From Chiloscyllium plagiosum (lineage: Eukaryota): a DNA stretch of 64,000 nucleotides. Made by a program: the position numbers and the translations under genes. Positions within the stretch are counted from its first letter, which is position 1; the number at the start of each line of letters is the position of its first letter. Under the pieces are notes generated by a model that saw only the letters and a list, made by a program, of their open reading frames with translations, was not told the origin of the DNA and searched no databases. Below, piece after piece: positions 35,601-49,322 of this stretch. The stretch is taken from assembly GCF_004010195.1 (NCBI RefSeq), contig NC_057719.1, positions 67,979,873-68,043,872 of the forward strand. The letters run 5' to 3'.

Positions 35601-38600
35601 ATTAGAATCTTGATTATTATATTATGAAACACGTCTTGGCTGTGAAAGAAACTCGCTCTGGGAAGGTATAGGCAGCCATCCCATACCACACGTTAGTTGA
35701 ATTTAACGTCTAGATATCTTTCTCGTTACCTTTCAATGTCGTTTTTCTTCCGTGAAATCGATGTAATATGGGGAAAATGATGACCCTTCGTCCCTTTGTT
35801 AAGTTTTGCAACTGTTGTACGGTCACGTTTAACACTGAATTGAATTCAGTCAGAAGCCGTTACATCAAAAATTGGCAACGGGAGAATGGGAAAGGTTTAC
35901 TTCATTTTATTTTTGTCAGATCCAAATTTCTGCTTCGCTGTAGATGTGCTTTAAAAAGTCTTGATATAAGCTGTCGATATAGTAAATGATGACTCATATT
36001 TACCCAAGTTGCACGGTGTGGATTGATGGGTTCTTACTCTGTGTATCAGGCTGAGTTAATAGCCTCTGATTATTTGCCGGAGAGTCAGGAGTCTGTTATA
36101 GCAGGTTATATGTTTAGCTTTTCTTCCAATTCAATTCTTGCTGAACGTGTACTTTGTGGATCAGTTTCAGAATCAGCTTCCCACTTAAGCTGGATCCCTA
36201 ACATCTCATTGAACAAACAATAGAATGGGTCTATGTAGGAATTTTGTATATCGGAATATTCGAACGCATAGTCACAATATCGTGGATAATAAAAGGGAGA
36301 AATCCAAGTTGGAATATAAAGGATCTTATATTGTTATTAAAATGTATAAACACAGGTGACGTCAGTTATCCTTATCTATAGGTAAGGAGTTTTCATCTCT
36401 CTCTGTGGTCTTGTGTACAACACACTAAACATACTGCACTGAGATGAGTGTACATGAAAACAGCGCACGTACACTGTTCATTTCGCGTTTACAGAGAGAG
36501 AATCTGATTAGAGCCACGTCTTTATCTCCTGTATTTACTGGAGAGAGCTTGGGTGACTTTTACCTAACGGATTTTGTATGAAGACATGAGACATCGCCTT
36601 GCAATACAGATGTATGCAATATGAAGCAGGATGTCGGAGTTTGTATCACAATTGAAAGGTTAGGTTAATGATAGGAGACACATGATCGGAAGATTTGGGG
36701 AGGGAGAGCAGTTTTCCTCACAGTGTAAACAATCATTACTTCATCAGAAAATCGGAATTTCCTGGCGGCACCAATCAGGTTACTGGATCTCAGTTCTTAT
36801 TTAGAACAAGCATGTTTATGTATTTCTATATAGAAAAACAAGAGGCCTCAGATTATTCCCGCAGAAAGCTGGGGAAATGTTTTTTAACATAATTATCCCC
36901 AGTGGGTAACTGCCAACTCCTATCTGCTTTCGAAGATCGAGACCGAGGGACGGGGAGGGGTTAATAGTGGCATCAATCTATTTATTATTTGTAATATTTT
37001 TCCATCGTTACATGTAAGATTTGCAGTTCTTTGGAGACTCCGAGTTGATAAGAAACCCGGGCGAGAAAGACAGGGAAACGAATACCATCACAACACGCCA
37101 GTTAGATCGACTCGATAAACACCCTCGTTCTTTACACGGCGGTTTTTTTCTTGTTGAAAATGATTTTATTATAAAGAAATGCAAATAAAATTAAAACCGA
37201 CCATCATTTTCCCATTAGCAATTTGATTTATAAATACGCATGGCCAATCAAAAAAGTGTGCCGCTTGATCTGCAGAATACTTACTATCAATATTACATGG
37301 ACGATTGCAAAAAAAAAAATTAAGGTCCGCTGTAACAAGGAAAGCAGCGAGCTATTAGAAGCGCTGATTAATAACTAGCTGGATAATGTTCATAGCCTTT
37401 TCTGCTCGACTGCCTTTTGAATTAGAGACGGTTCCACACTCTTCAGAGTGCCTATCTCTAGAAGAATGAATGACGAATATTTTGCCTCTCTCTCTTTCTC
37501 TCTCCTCGAACTTAATGATGTAAATATTCTAATTAGTAAATCACATTTGCTGAAGGCAAGACCATGAGATTGAATCATCGACATTTCTGCAAAAAGACGA
37601 CCAAGTTGAGCATTCACCATCGCCTGGATGATAGGAAATGTCTCTTTTTTTATTTATATATAAACAAGCATATATAAAACTTGAGATAAAGTTCTGCCTG
37701 CAGCTTCTGTCTGAGGAATCTTGGTTATTCTCAATCTGCTAAAATTTAATTAGAAGCCCCAGGCGCGACGCGCGAATCAAGACCCTTTTTTTTCTCATTA
37801 GTTTCTCCTCACTAATCTTGGGTGTTATGTTGGCTTAAAGGTTGTCAACATTTGACCAATTTCGTAAAAAAAAATACACTATCGCTCCAGGAGTCGCAAA
37901 GCACGGCAGATAAATCAGCGGAACTAACAGGCGCAAAAATGTTGATAATTTATCGTTTACAAATTGTTGTTATTTGCTTTAATATTTTTCTTTTTCCTTG
38001 CAGAGAGAAAGGTTATAAATACCCCGCGGGTGGTTCAGGGCTAATGCGCTATTAATTGCATGAAGATTTCATGATAACTGTAAATAAGAGTCTTGGATTG
38101 AGAGCTGGGTTTTGTCTGCACTTGGTAATGGCAAGGGGGTGGGAAGTGGTACCCCTTTTATAATGGCCCAAGGACGGCGGGAGGGAGCGACATTGGAGCG
38201 CCCCCTACTGCCCAGCAGCACCGTGCCGACCCCCTGAAACTGACCAGCAGCCCAACACGGGGGGGGGGGAAGAGCAGCATACATCAACAATCCCGACCAT
38301 TCATACATAATGTTTGTAATCAGGACAGCTTTAATCATCAATTATGTACAAACACACACACACACACACCAGAGGAATATACACACAAGCAGGAGGACAA
38401 TGGAAACCGATCACATTACAGGTATGAGATGCCTAACTCCGCAGGTATGTTACAGCGTTTTGCAAAAAAGAAACCACTCAATTCAATTCCAACGTTTGGG
38501 TTTCTTGCCCTGCAATTGCAATTTGAGGTTTTTTTTTAAAAAAGGTAAAGAATTAGAATGCTTATTGCAATTCATCCTTTGCAGAATCACGACTCTTTGT

Positions 38601-39450
38601 ATCTCCCCCCCCCAAAAAAAAACAGTGCTCATCCTCATAGGATGTAACGTTTCGGCTCAGAAGGGCAACGTGAACTACTTACAATACCTCCTAGAAACGA
38701 TCGCATTGTTTTTGTATATACTGAGGCGGAGAGATGGAAAAGTTACTGACATCGTACGCATGAAAGTAGCCTGTGGCATCGTAGACGAAAGTTAATATTC
38801 TGGAACATCGGCCAACTAGCGAGCAGCCCGTTCTCGGGGATGATGTGTTTACCTGCGCAATTAATCCAAACATAGTCTTTCAGTAGAAATACATATCTGA
38901 GGCATTACTGGTCGACACTCTTGCCCGTCTTCAAAGATCAGTGCTCAGCACCAGTTAGATTTTAAAACTTTTTTTTTAAGAAAAGCGGATTCCATGACCC
39001 ATCCAACATTAAGATAAAAGTAAATGATCACATCGCATGTTCAGTTAATAAACAAAAAACATACCACCTACTCAATTCTAAACCACATTTATCACCCTAA
39101 CAGTAAACCGAAAGTACGTGCTTGCTGCCTCGTGAGAGAAGGATGACAAGTCCTTGTTCCTCTACAATATCAAAATTAGTCATCGAGCAATCTTAGAATA
39201 TTATGCAAATCGAAAGTGCTTTGTCAAAATTGTATCGTTTCAACATTGACCCAAATCCTTTATTGCGACAGTTCTGATCATTTAAAAGTATCTTGGCTCA
39301 GCTTAAGGTTGAATCACAATGCTCATCTCAAATAGCCAGCCAATTCTATTGTTATAGTAACTGGAGAGTACAATATTCAGCCAATAATCCGCGAAGAACA
39401 GATTGCAACAAATAACTACATCGCTCGATATTTAAGCAGCGAACATGGTG
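32700..39450. promoter_or_regulatory. CpG-enriched, repeat-free domain 3' of MEIS2 (low-GC CpG-island-like)
   Basis: By eye, CG dinucleotides are much denser than in the flanks (ttcgcgtg, cgtgtcgcga, aggcgcgacgcgcgaatc, ccccgcggg) despite AT-rich composition. No recognisable TE. Confidence 0.65.
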
Positions 39451-42400
39451 TATCCATCTATCTATCTGCTTGTTGTGAATTCATTTGCAACAGCATCTCT
39501 TCCTCGGCCACGGAAAATTAAAACAATAAGTTCAAAATTGTTCTGTAAAATATTTTATCAATCTTTGACTTGGTCCCTGAAATGCTTTACCAGGATCAAC
39601 TTAAATCATTCTCTCCTAAAGACAGTAGGAGCAACCAAACCATATGTCACCTTTGTTTTAAAATTATCAACTTAGCAGCCAGACATCAGAGATTCCAAAT
39701 CAAAACAAAATGTTACTCGCACCGCAATACAGCAAATGGAAGAAGGATTGAATAAGAGAGAAAGTCAATTGAAGGAAACATTTCTGAGATCTGATTATGA
39801 AAGAGCTTGACAAACTAGAATTATTAAGGGAAGGTGGGTTGCAGGGGGCAGAGTATGTGTAATGCTCACAAATTTACTATGATGCTAATACTATTCTTGT
39901 AAATAAATGTTGATAAGTGCAATTATGCTTTAATTTATATCAGACACTAGAATAAATCCATTACAAAACAATGTCCATCAGCCAAAAAATATTTCAGTAG
40001 AAAACATAATTCATATTATTTGTTTTGCATAGCTGCCCTCCACAGACCTATGTTTGATCTGGGGAAGGTTTACCCTACAGAATCAGTTTACAAGTTGGAG
40101 CTAACACATAGGCTCCAGAAAGTGAAATTTAAACAATGCACTGGAAGTCTTGTTGGTATATTAAAAGGTGAATCCACACGATGGTTAATCTGTCAAGACG
40201 TAAGCCAGAAACAGAATGAGAGATCCAAACAGTTCACAAATCAAAATACTTAAGTTTTCTTTTTTACATCATGAAAACAAATGTGCCATTTCGTAACAAT
40301 GATAAGCAAGCAGGCATTGACTGAAATGTTTAAGGTTAATGACAATTTGCAAGTAAAGCTCATTGTAAAGTATGCTTTACGAATGAAGGATCGGGTATAT
40401 ACCATATCCTCAGTAAAATTGACAAGAGATATCACTAAAATAGATGCTGGAAGGAAGAGTTTTAAAGGGAAGCCATGTTTGGCAATGAGGAGCCCTAGTT
40501 AGCAGCCAGAAACATTGGTGCTGAAAAGCAATAGCTGGTGACAAGAACTTTTTTAAGCTTCAAAGACTGCAGCTGACAGCAATATATACTTTTCTAATAA
40601 CACTTAGTGGCAGAGGATAGTTTACCATTCATGAAAAGCCATGCTGTCCATAGCTCCATTAATTTTGGTATTACAGTAAGTTAATCTTAAATGACTGTCA
40701 TAAGGATATATGATAACTGACTAGAAATTGGAAAAAAATGCAAAAGTACTTGAATGCATTCACCAGGATTGTCAGTAAAATGAACACTGGCACTCATACC
40801 TTTATTTTGTCTTGTTTATGATCCACATTACAAATCGCCTTGCTCGCTATCATGTCTCAGCTGACAAGTGTATTTTTGATTTACTGTTGAACAAACAAGA
40901 AGCTAAAACTTTGAGATATTTAATTGAAAACCATGGATAAGTTGCCTTTGGATATATATACTGATATATTGTATCAATGATTGTCCATTGATATTCCTCA
41001 GGGAAAATAAAGTGTCTTTTTTTTGAAACTGACAATATATTTACTCTCCCAAATATTTACCATCTTGTTACACTACCATTTTCTTTCAACTGGAAAGAAA
41101 AATGTGATAGAGCCACAGAATTTCCATGGCCCCCATAGTATTCTGCAGGCAGCTCGCAGGAAGTATAAATTTATTGCAATAAAATTTAGAAATGCCATTC
41201 CCTTTCTACACTCCTCTCTCAAATAGAAAATTGAATCCTGTTCTTTATGTATCTCCAACGGTCATGTGAAAAGTAGGGTGAGAAAAGACAAGACCAGTCA
41301 ATACACAACCTGTCCACGTGTTCAATCTTGTGCACCACTCAGCCCAATCATTAGCTGTTGGGGAAGGGGGAAGAAAGTCCAGAGAAACTGCATCTGGTCA
41401 TCAGGCAGAAAACGGAGCAAAGACTTCCTGAGGTAAGCAACTGTGAGTGACAGGCTGGCTGTGATTTGAACTCTTGACTTTCTGCTTGGGAGTAAAATGT
41501 CCAACTGCTTGAACAACTGGGCAGTGATGTATTCACATAACCCACCTACTGATACAGGGTGGGGGAAGGATTAGTATAGAAGCAGGATAAACAAATGGAA
41601 ACAAACAACGATTTATCAAATACTGGTCTCCTTTACATTCATAGCTTCCAGTGTACAGTGCTACTTCCAAAATAATTTGCCTGAGACAGTCTTTCTGCAA
41701 TAAACACTGAAACAGTTTAGCATTTTAGTCAAAATTAAAGTCTGTACTCATTGGGAGACAGTTCCTGAAATAAAAAAGTTACAGGTTTTTATTTGTTTTT
41801 GTAAGATCATAATTTTACCCACTATGTCACCGGTGCATATTCCTCACCCAACAATTGAATTTCATTTTCCTAACTCATGTAGTTAATCTCATCTCTCAAG
41901 AATGCGGTGTTGCCTTTGAGTACTTTGCGTGTACAGGCATGGAGGGGGATAGAAAATATAAGCAGGAATGTTGAAAAACCAGCTCAGGCCTTACCTTTTC
42001 ACTCAAGGTCACCTGCCAATCTGCAAGTGACCTTTAGTTTCACAAATATAATCCAGCTTGATCCATGCTGATGAATGTTTCGTGCCCGCTGCAATTTAAT
42101 CTGGTCACTACAGGGCTAGCTGGTATTCAGGATGTACGGCTATGTTTCCTTGCTCCATTTTCTGGCTGAGCTCACTGTCATCACTTCATAGTCACTCATC
42201 ACTTTTCAGTTTGCTTGCTCTTCCCTCTTTGATCCAGCCTTTCTTGTCATCTGAATGCAGCATAATTAATAATACTGCAAATACTATTTTATACCTCCTC
42301 CCAAATACACAATTAAATATGATTTTAAGCGAATTATTTGCAATTACCTCCTCATTCAAATCCTCTCATGGGAAGGTGCTTAAGTACTAAGCAATTTCTG

Positions 42401-42839
42401 TTTTAGATTTATATTTGTCTGGATTAGTTCTACCATTGTATTAAAACTTCATTATGTAATTAGAATCAATGCTTATGCTAACTGAGGTTTAACAAATCAT
42501 CAAAACAGACAAATATGCAACATAAGTGTAATGGAAAGTTGACCCCTTTTCTTAAATCCCCTTCTCAGTTAAACTCTGATTTCCATAAGGCCTCCATTTT
42601 GGTAAATGTCATTAGCACACATCGGACTATTAGTGTGCTGACCCTGTCTCTATTTCCAGGGTCAACCTAATTTACATTCTGTGGTCAAACTTATGGCATC
42701 AACAATGTTTCTCATTGGGAGCTTGCATTTTAGCAGGAATTTCACTATAACCTTATGTTAAACATATATGGCACCTAATACATTCACAACTAATACACGT
42801 TTTTGTAAGGAATAAAACGCCTTGGGAACAATGGTCCGA

Positions 42840-43260
42840 CGGTGGCTAAGTTGAAAACGTAGTGATAGCACTAAAGGCAAGGCTTATAATGGCACTAAAA
42901 CCTAATGATAAAGGGGAATTTAAAATTCAGCAATGAGTTATTGAAAAGTTGATGAACAAGGAGAAAGCAAAATACAAAAAGTAAACTAGCAAAAGACAAA
43001 AAAAAAACCAAAAGATTAAAAACCAACAAATCCCCTGCATCTGATTACCTAAAACCTAGTATTTCATAAGAGATAGCAAATAGATTGGTTTTAATCTTCC
43101 AGTGTTCTTAAGATTCTAGACAGTTCCTATGGACTGGAAGGTAACAATCCTTATTATACGCCATCTGCTGTTGAAGAAAAGAGTGAGAAAGAACAGAGGG
43201 ATCACAGACTAATCAGCCCAACATCAATAGATAGAAAAATGCTAGAATGTGTAAGAGGAT
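42840..43260 (+). mobile_element. Highly decayed CR1 ORF2 fragment
   Basis: aaatcccctgcatctgat...ttttaatcttcca...gattctagacagttcctatggactggaaggtaac resembles the KSPGPD...IFQ.SLDSG.VP.DWKVAN segment. Confidence 0.55.
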
Positions 43261-43370
43261 ACTCTCCAACCTTGGCTGTTTCTGCATCTCTTATTTCAAT
43301 CCCTTCACTGTTGATGGCTATCTAGACCCAAATTCCTGAATTTATCCCAAGAAGTCTCTCTACTTTTTTT

Positions 43371-43661
43371 TAGATAGATTACTTACAGGCCCTTCGGCCC
43401 AACAACCGACCCGCCGAAGCACAACCCACTCAGACCCATTCACCTATATTTATCCCTTCACCTAACACTACGGACAATTTAGCATGGCCAATTCACCTAA
43501 CCTGCACATTTTTGTACTGTGGGAGGAAACCGGAGCACCCGGAGGAAACCCATGCAGACACAGGGAAAATGTGCAAATTCCGCATAGACAGTTGCCTGAG
43601 GTGGGAATTGAACCCGGGTCTCTGGCGCTGTGAGGCAGCAGTGCTAACCACTGTGGCACCG
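43371..43661 (-). mobile_element. HE1-type SINE
   Basis: Same layout as 3711-4037, with small deletions. Confidence 0.9.
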
Positions 43662-43794
43662 TACTTCTCACCTCTTTTAACTTTTCTTTCTTAAAACTTA
43701 TCTTTTTGAACAGTTGGTCATCTGTCCTAGCATCTTCTTATATGTAAGAAAGTAAAATGTTGTTTGATAATGTTGCATTGTGGGAATTACCACT

Positions 43795-44110
43795 TTTGGA
43801 TGAGACATTAAACTGATGCCTTTAGGTCTCTTGGGTGGATTTAAAAGATCCTAAGGCAGTAATGTGCAAAAATACAGGCAAGTTAGTTTTGATGTCCTGA
43901 CCCATATTTATCCCTCAACCAGCATCAGAAAAACAGATTAACTGTTCATTATCTCAATTGTTATTGGTGGGAGCTTGCTGTGCATAATTTAGTTACTATA
44001 TATCCTATAGAAGAGCACTGACTACACTTCAAAAAATAATTAGTTGTCTGCAAAGCACATTGGAACGTCCATTAGTTATGGAAGGTAAGACATAAATGCA
44101 AGTTCTTCAT
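43795..44110 (+). mobile_element. Deu-domain SINE remnant (SacSINE1/AmnSINE1-like) with L2-type tail
   Basis: ttggatgagacattaaac...aaaagatcc...atttatccctcaacca...gtgggagcttgctgtgca...gactacacttcaaaa...ataaatgcaagttcttc. Confidence 0.65.
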
Positions 44111-46819
44111 TCTTGGACATTTGATGACGTATTCTATCACTTCAATAATAACAGTAATTGGATAGAAAGTGGGCAGGGATTATAAAGATAAAGTTATGCC
44201 ATACAGATGTACAGCACCTCACTGGATGACAAGGAGAAAAGACACCCAACTGTGCTTTTGAACACACTAATCATGCTCCATCACCTATTAAACTTACCAT
44301 TCATGATAAGTCGATCAGAGTTAGGGAAACAATGCCTATTTGCACTGAAATTGTACTGTGTCCAGAGAGTTATATTGTTGATTACTGTAAAAAGAAATGG
44401 CAACAGAATTTATACCTTTGGCAGCACATGAAGAAGTCAAGACTAAGATATATTCATGATGATACAGTCAAATAGGAAAGAATTTTCATGCAGTGGGCAC
44501 ATAGATGATTAGCATGAGAGTACCTCAAGGAAACCATGATAAACAGCTCCAACAATTGAAAAATTTTCTTCAGCATCTGCATCTTTAACATATTCCTCCA
44601 CCACTAGGTCATCTCCTTGCTGTGCATTACCTATGTCCTCTGGCTGCAAGAGTTTAACATCTTGTTGAATGCCAAATCTGTGTTATAGATTTTGATGAGG
44701 CAAGATTGTATTAAAGGAAAGTATCTGAATGCCTAGGTGTTACAGACTTATTGTGATGACTTTAGTTGACATATGTTCAGTCTACTAAACAAACATGATT
44801 GCTATGGAGGTACATTACCCGGGACTACAGAGGGCACAATTAGCATCTTATGAGCCAACTTCGCAGTCATCATTCTGGGTAAAATAACGGTGACGTGCAT
44901 GATTAGTTTAAAATAAAGGCTTCAGGATTGTTATGTGGGCAGCAAACACACCTTTATGATCCTGAGCAAATTGTCGCACATTAGTAGAGGAGTAATCCCT
45001 TGTAGTCATGAATGAGCATCTGAAGCACATAGGACAATTTGGATGCCGTCAATAACATCCTGGACCTTGGGTAACCTTGCTACTTGAAAACTTATTCATT
45101 CCATTGCCAGTAGTCAGCTGGGATTGTGAAATGTTATTTCTGGCAAACAACAATGCATCATTCACCTGCTCTATACATACAAGGATTGCAGATTAACTGA
45201 TGTCCCTTGGAGCAAACAGGGACATAAAAATTTAGTTTGAGGTGGACATGATTACCAGACCCAGAATTTGGTCACCACTCAGACTGTAACATAGATACAT
45301 TTTGGTGAATCCAAGACTCAATGCCCTCTGAGAAGCCCAGCTAAGTATACACTGATGTAGTTCGGAGCATTACTGGAGTTGGAATTTAAACAGGTAGGTG
45401 TATTACTCCTTTAATGTACCTGCTATTTTTAAGTTCTCCTCTATTTAGTTTGTAAATAGAGGGATTCTACTTGTCCTATTTTTAGGTATCATACCCACCA
45501 AACAGATTATTTGTCAGCTTTAACACTGAACCCGCAAACAACTGAACTGAAACAAATAAACTCAGGAATATCAAAAACCAATTGAATGGAAAAACTGTCC
45601 TTGAAAATATTGAGCCTAACAACTTTGGACGATCAATTTAGATTCATTCTCACATAAAGGTTAGAAAACAGCATTCAGGTCTAAATGCCTTCACTTTTAT
45701 CCATGAGCATAATGCTGTAAAATTTCCAACCAATTCTGGTAAGAGATTCCTACGCTTCATACTAAACAAGCCAGAAATGCAGATCATTAGTTGGTACTGA
45801 ACTGAAGTGACCAATGCCCACATTTATAATTCATTAGACTGTGATTGCACTTAGGGACAGAGCTGCATTAGTGCAACAACATTTGAGACTTAATAAATTA
45901 AGAAAAGCAAAATAAGAAACTATAGAACAATATATTTTGGCCTATTTAGCTTACTCCTCACAACAACTATTTGAAACTGTCACTCCTTAAACTGATATCT
46001 TTAAGGATTTCCAAATAATTAATCTGTGAGCTGTTTTCGATGGGTGTCTATCCCACATGATTTCAACAAATTTCATGCTTTTTCTGGAGCTGACCAATTT
46101 CACTTCCATGTTTCTCAGCTGCATTATCACAATTTCAGTTCAACGACCTACTTGAATCCATATTACCCATCCATCAGCATTCTAAAGACATGCATTGTGA
46201 TCCGTCACTCACTTCTGTGGGAATAAGTTTGATTCCGTCAGTTTCCAGAATTTGGAATCTCTGGAAATTCCATTGCTGCTCTGCTGTACACACATTCAAC
46301 AGTATCAATATTCCTATGAAGATAGATTGTCAAAAATGGCAGAGTATCATACATATTGCCTTAAATTTAATCCATGGGATCCTCAGCCAGTCACTTTAGG
46401 GCAACAATTAACTTCAATACCACTTGAATGAGAGAGAGGAGAAACCTGTAAGTGTTTTTCATTTGATTGCCATCCAGCCACCTGTCTTAGTTGTGTGCCT
46501 AGGAATGGAAAACAGCATTAGACTTGACTGTGCCAACCTTGCATTTGACTAATTTGGATATTTCACGACATTAAAGGCACTATATAAATACAGGTTGTTG
46601 TAATATAGTTATAGTAGCCATGCATTAGTACAGTAATTGCTATGGATAAACTACTCCAGGTTTCTTGGTGTCTTAAAACCGTAACCCTTGCAAAAAAATC
46701 AAAACCTTAGTGATGTACGATTAATGTTAAAGGATGATAAAAGCAAACACAGACTGACTAATGGAGCAACTCATTGCAAGCAAAAAAATAAAAGCAAGGT
46801 ATTGCATTACAAATGTGCA

Positions 46820-47020
46820 GTAAAAGCAGGAAGTGTTGGAGAAACTCAGCAGATTTGGCAGCATCTGCGGGGAAAGAACCAGTCAACGTTTTGTATCAGT
46901 GTGACTGTTCTTCAGAACTAGTGGAGAAGAATCACTTTGGATTCAAGACATTAACTTTGTTTCACCACAGATCCTAACAGACCAGCTGAATTTCTCCAGC
47001 AATTTTCTGTTTTTACTTCA
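46820..47020. mobile_element. Inverted pair of Penelope-like termini (similar remnants at 48300-48750, 60450-60640, 62270-62490)
   Basis: gttggagaaactcagcag..tggcagcatctg faces cagat....cagaccagctgaatttctccagca in inverted orientation. Confidence 0.6.
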
Positions 47021-47136
47021 TGATTAACACAACTTGCCTTGATTTGTGATCAATTTAAATGTCCACGAGCAAAGGGGCAGAGTGGAGCTGTGGATTCGTA
47101 CCATATTTTTGGGACATTTGAATCTACCCCAGAATA

Positions 47137-47753
47137 ATAGAGTCAGAGAGCTGTACAGCATGGAAACAGATCCTTCAGTCCAATTCGTCCATGCTGAATA
47201 GATATCCTAAATTAATCTCCGTTCCGTTTGCCAGAATTTGGCCCATATCACTCTAAACCCTTCCTATTCATATACCCATTCAGATCCCTTTAAATGTTGT
47301 AATTGTACCAGCCTCCACCACTTCCTCTGGCAGCTTTTGCCACACACACACACCACCCTCTGTGTGAAAAAAAGATGCTGCTTTTAGTTCCCTTTCAAAT
47401 CTTTCCCCTCTCACCCTAAACTTATGTCCTTTAGTTTTGGACCCCACTGCCCTGGGGAAAAGACCTTGGCTTTTCATGATTTCATAAACTTGTATAAGGT
47501 CCCCCCCCCCTCAGCTTCTGATTCTCTAGGGAAAACAGCCCCAGCCTAATCAACCTCTCCCTATAGCTCAAACCCTCCAACCTGACCACATCTTTGTAAA
47601 TCTTTTCTGAACCTTTCAAGTTTCAGAACATCCTTCTGATAGCAGGGAGACCAGAAATGAACATAGTATTCGAAAAGTGACATAGCCATTGTCCTGTACA
47701 GCTGCAACATGTTCTCCCAATTCCTATACTCAAAGCACTGACCAATAAAGGCA
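47137..47753 (-). mobile_element. CR1-type LINE 3' fragment
   Basis: ORFs 47561-47932(-) and 47280-47477(-): AFIGQCFEYRNWENMLQLYRTM..LFEYYVHFWSPCY, TKGHKFRVRGERF, LPEEVVEAGTITTFK. Confidence 0.9.
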
Positions 47754-49322
47754 AAGTATATTCTTTCTTCCAATCTTAGTACAAAGGCCTGAATTTCCCA
47801 AGTACAAACTTGCAGGAAGGAATCATGGTTTTTGACAACAGATAGTGGAATATCATGGGCGAATGTTTCCTGCCCACTGGAATGGTTACTCTGCGTGGAC
47901 CGATAATGTGTATGATTCTTCACCACTAGCACATATATAAAGCTTTGCCCTTTATGGCAAAAATGTTCACTTCCCCCGGTACCAGTATCCTTTAATCATC
48001 AAGCAGACAACCATCAAGACACTTTCTTAACTTTATTGACAAGAATTCTACATTAACTTTTATACTTTGAGTATATATTATCCAATAATTATCAATAAAC
48101 AGCAGTCAATTCCAGTTCCTATACCAATACATATTGATTAACACTCCATTACACAACACATCCAACCTGGAATAGCAATAATTATCATGTTCCCAAAGTA
48201 TCACAAAATACTGAACACATCATTTTTGTCTTTATAAATCTTTGGTGGTCTGTGACCATTTGCTGTTCTTGCCACAATCAGCTAGTTTGCATTAATATGA
48301 ACAAAAATAATGCTAGAAACATACAGCAGGTCTAGCAGCATCTGTGGAGGGATGTTAGTTTGATCTCTTTGCATCAGAACTAGAACATTGTTGGAAATGT
48401 AATAGACTTTAATCAAGTGAAAGGAAGAAGGCAGAAAAGGAACAAAAGAAAGATCTGTGATAGGATGGAAGAGAGGAGAGATTAAATAGGAATTGATAAA
48501 AAAATAAGAACAAGTGAAGAAACAAAATATGTATCCAGAGATGTTGTGCATGGCAAAAAGTTTAACAGCTGTGTCAAAAAGCAAGAATAAAAGAGTCTGA
48601 CCCAAACCAATAACTAGGAAATCAAATTGGGAAAGAGATTACAGCCTGATGTTATTGCACTTAGTATGGAGTTTGTAAAGCTCTAATGTACTGAAAGTAA
48701 AGATGAGGTGTGTATCAAGCTGGTGTGAGCTTCAGTGTAATTACTGTTTATCTTCTATAATTGCTCAACTTGAACCAAATATGAACAGCATGGAAGTGGC
48801 ATTATTTTAAGAACTCAATGGGCTGAATGGCCTCCTTTTGTGCTGTATGTGTCTCTGACAATGTGTTTGTGCATCTTTGTTTATAACTCAACTTTAAAGA
48901 CTGTCTCTCCAAAACAAAATAATTTTTATTTAAAATAACTTGCTATGCTGAATAATAACTGTAAATCCATGTGGATGTCACTCAGTAAACTGATCATATG
49001 ACACTAAGGATCAACACCACCAATTTATAGTAATGTAGAGGCTTTACTAAAATAAAATGTCCCAATGCACTTCATAGGAGTGTAAGAATGCAATTAGGGA
49101 GGTATTTGGGTAGCTAAGCTAAATCATGATCTATATCCAAGTCTTACGTGTATTTTGGTGGAGGAAAAGGAGATAGGGAAGTGGAGAGGTTGAAGAAGAG
49201 TATTCCAGAGCTCAGGGTCTGTGCAGCTGACAGCATGGCCACTAATGGTGTGGTAACCAAATCTCTTGAAGGTTGTGGGGCTGGAGGATATTACAAAGAT
49301 AAGAAAGGACAAAACCACAGAA

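Noticed and set aside
38310..38795. 161-aa ORF
   Set aside because: Runs through a (CA)n repeat and homopolymers, with no similarity to any protein I recognise.
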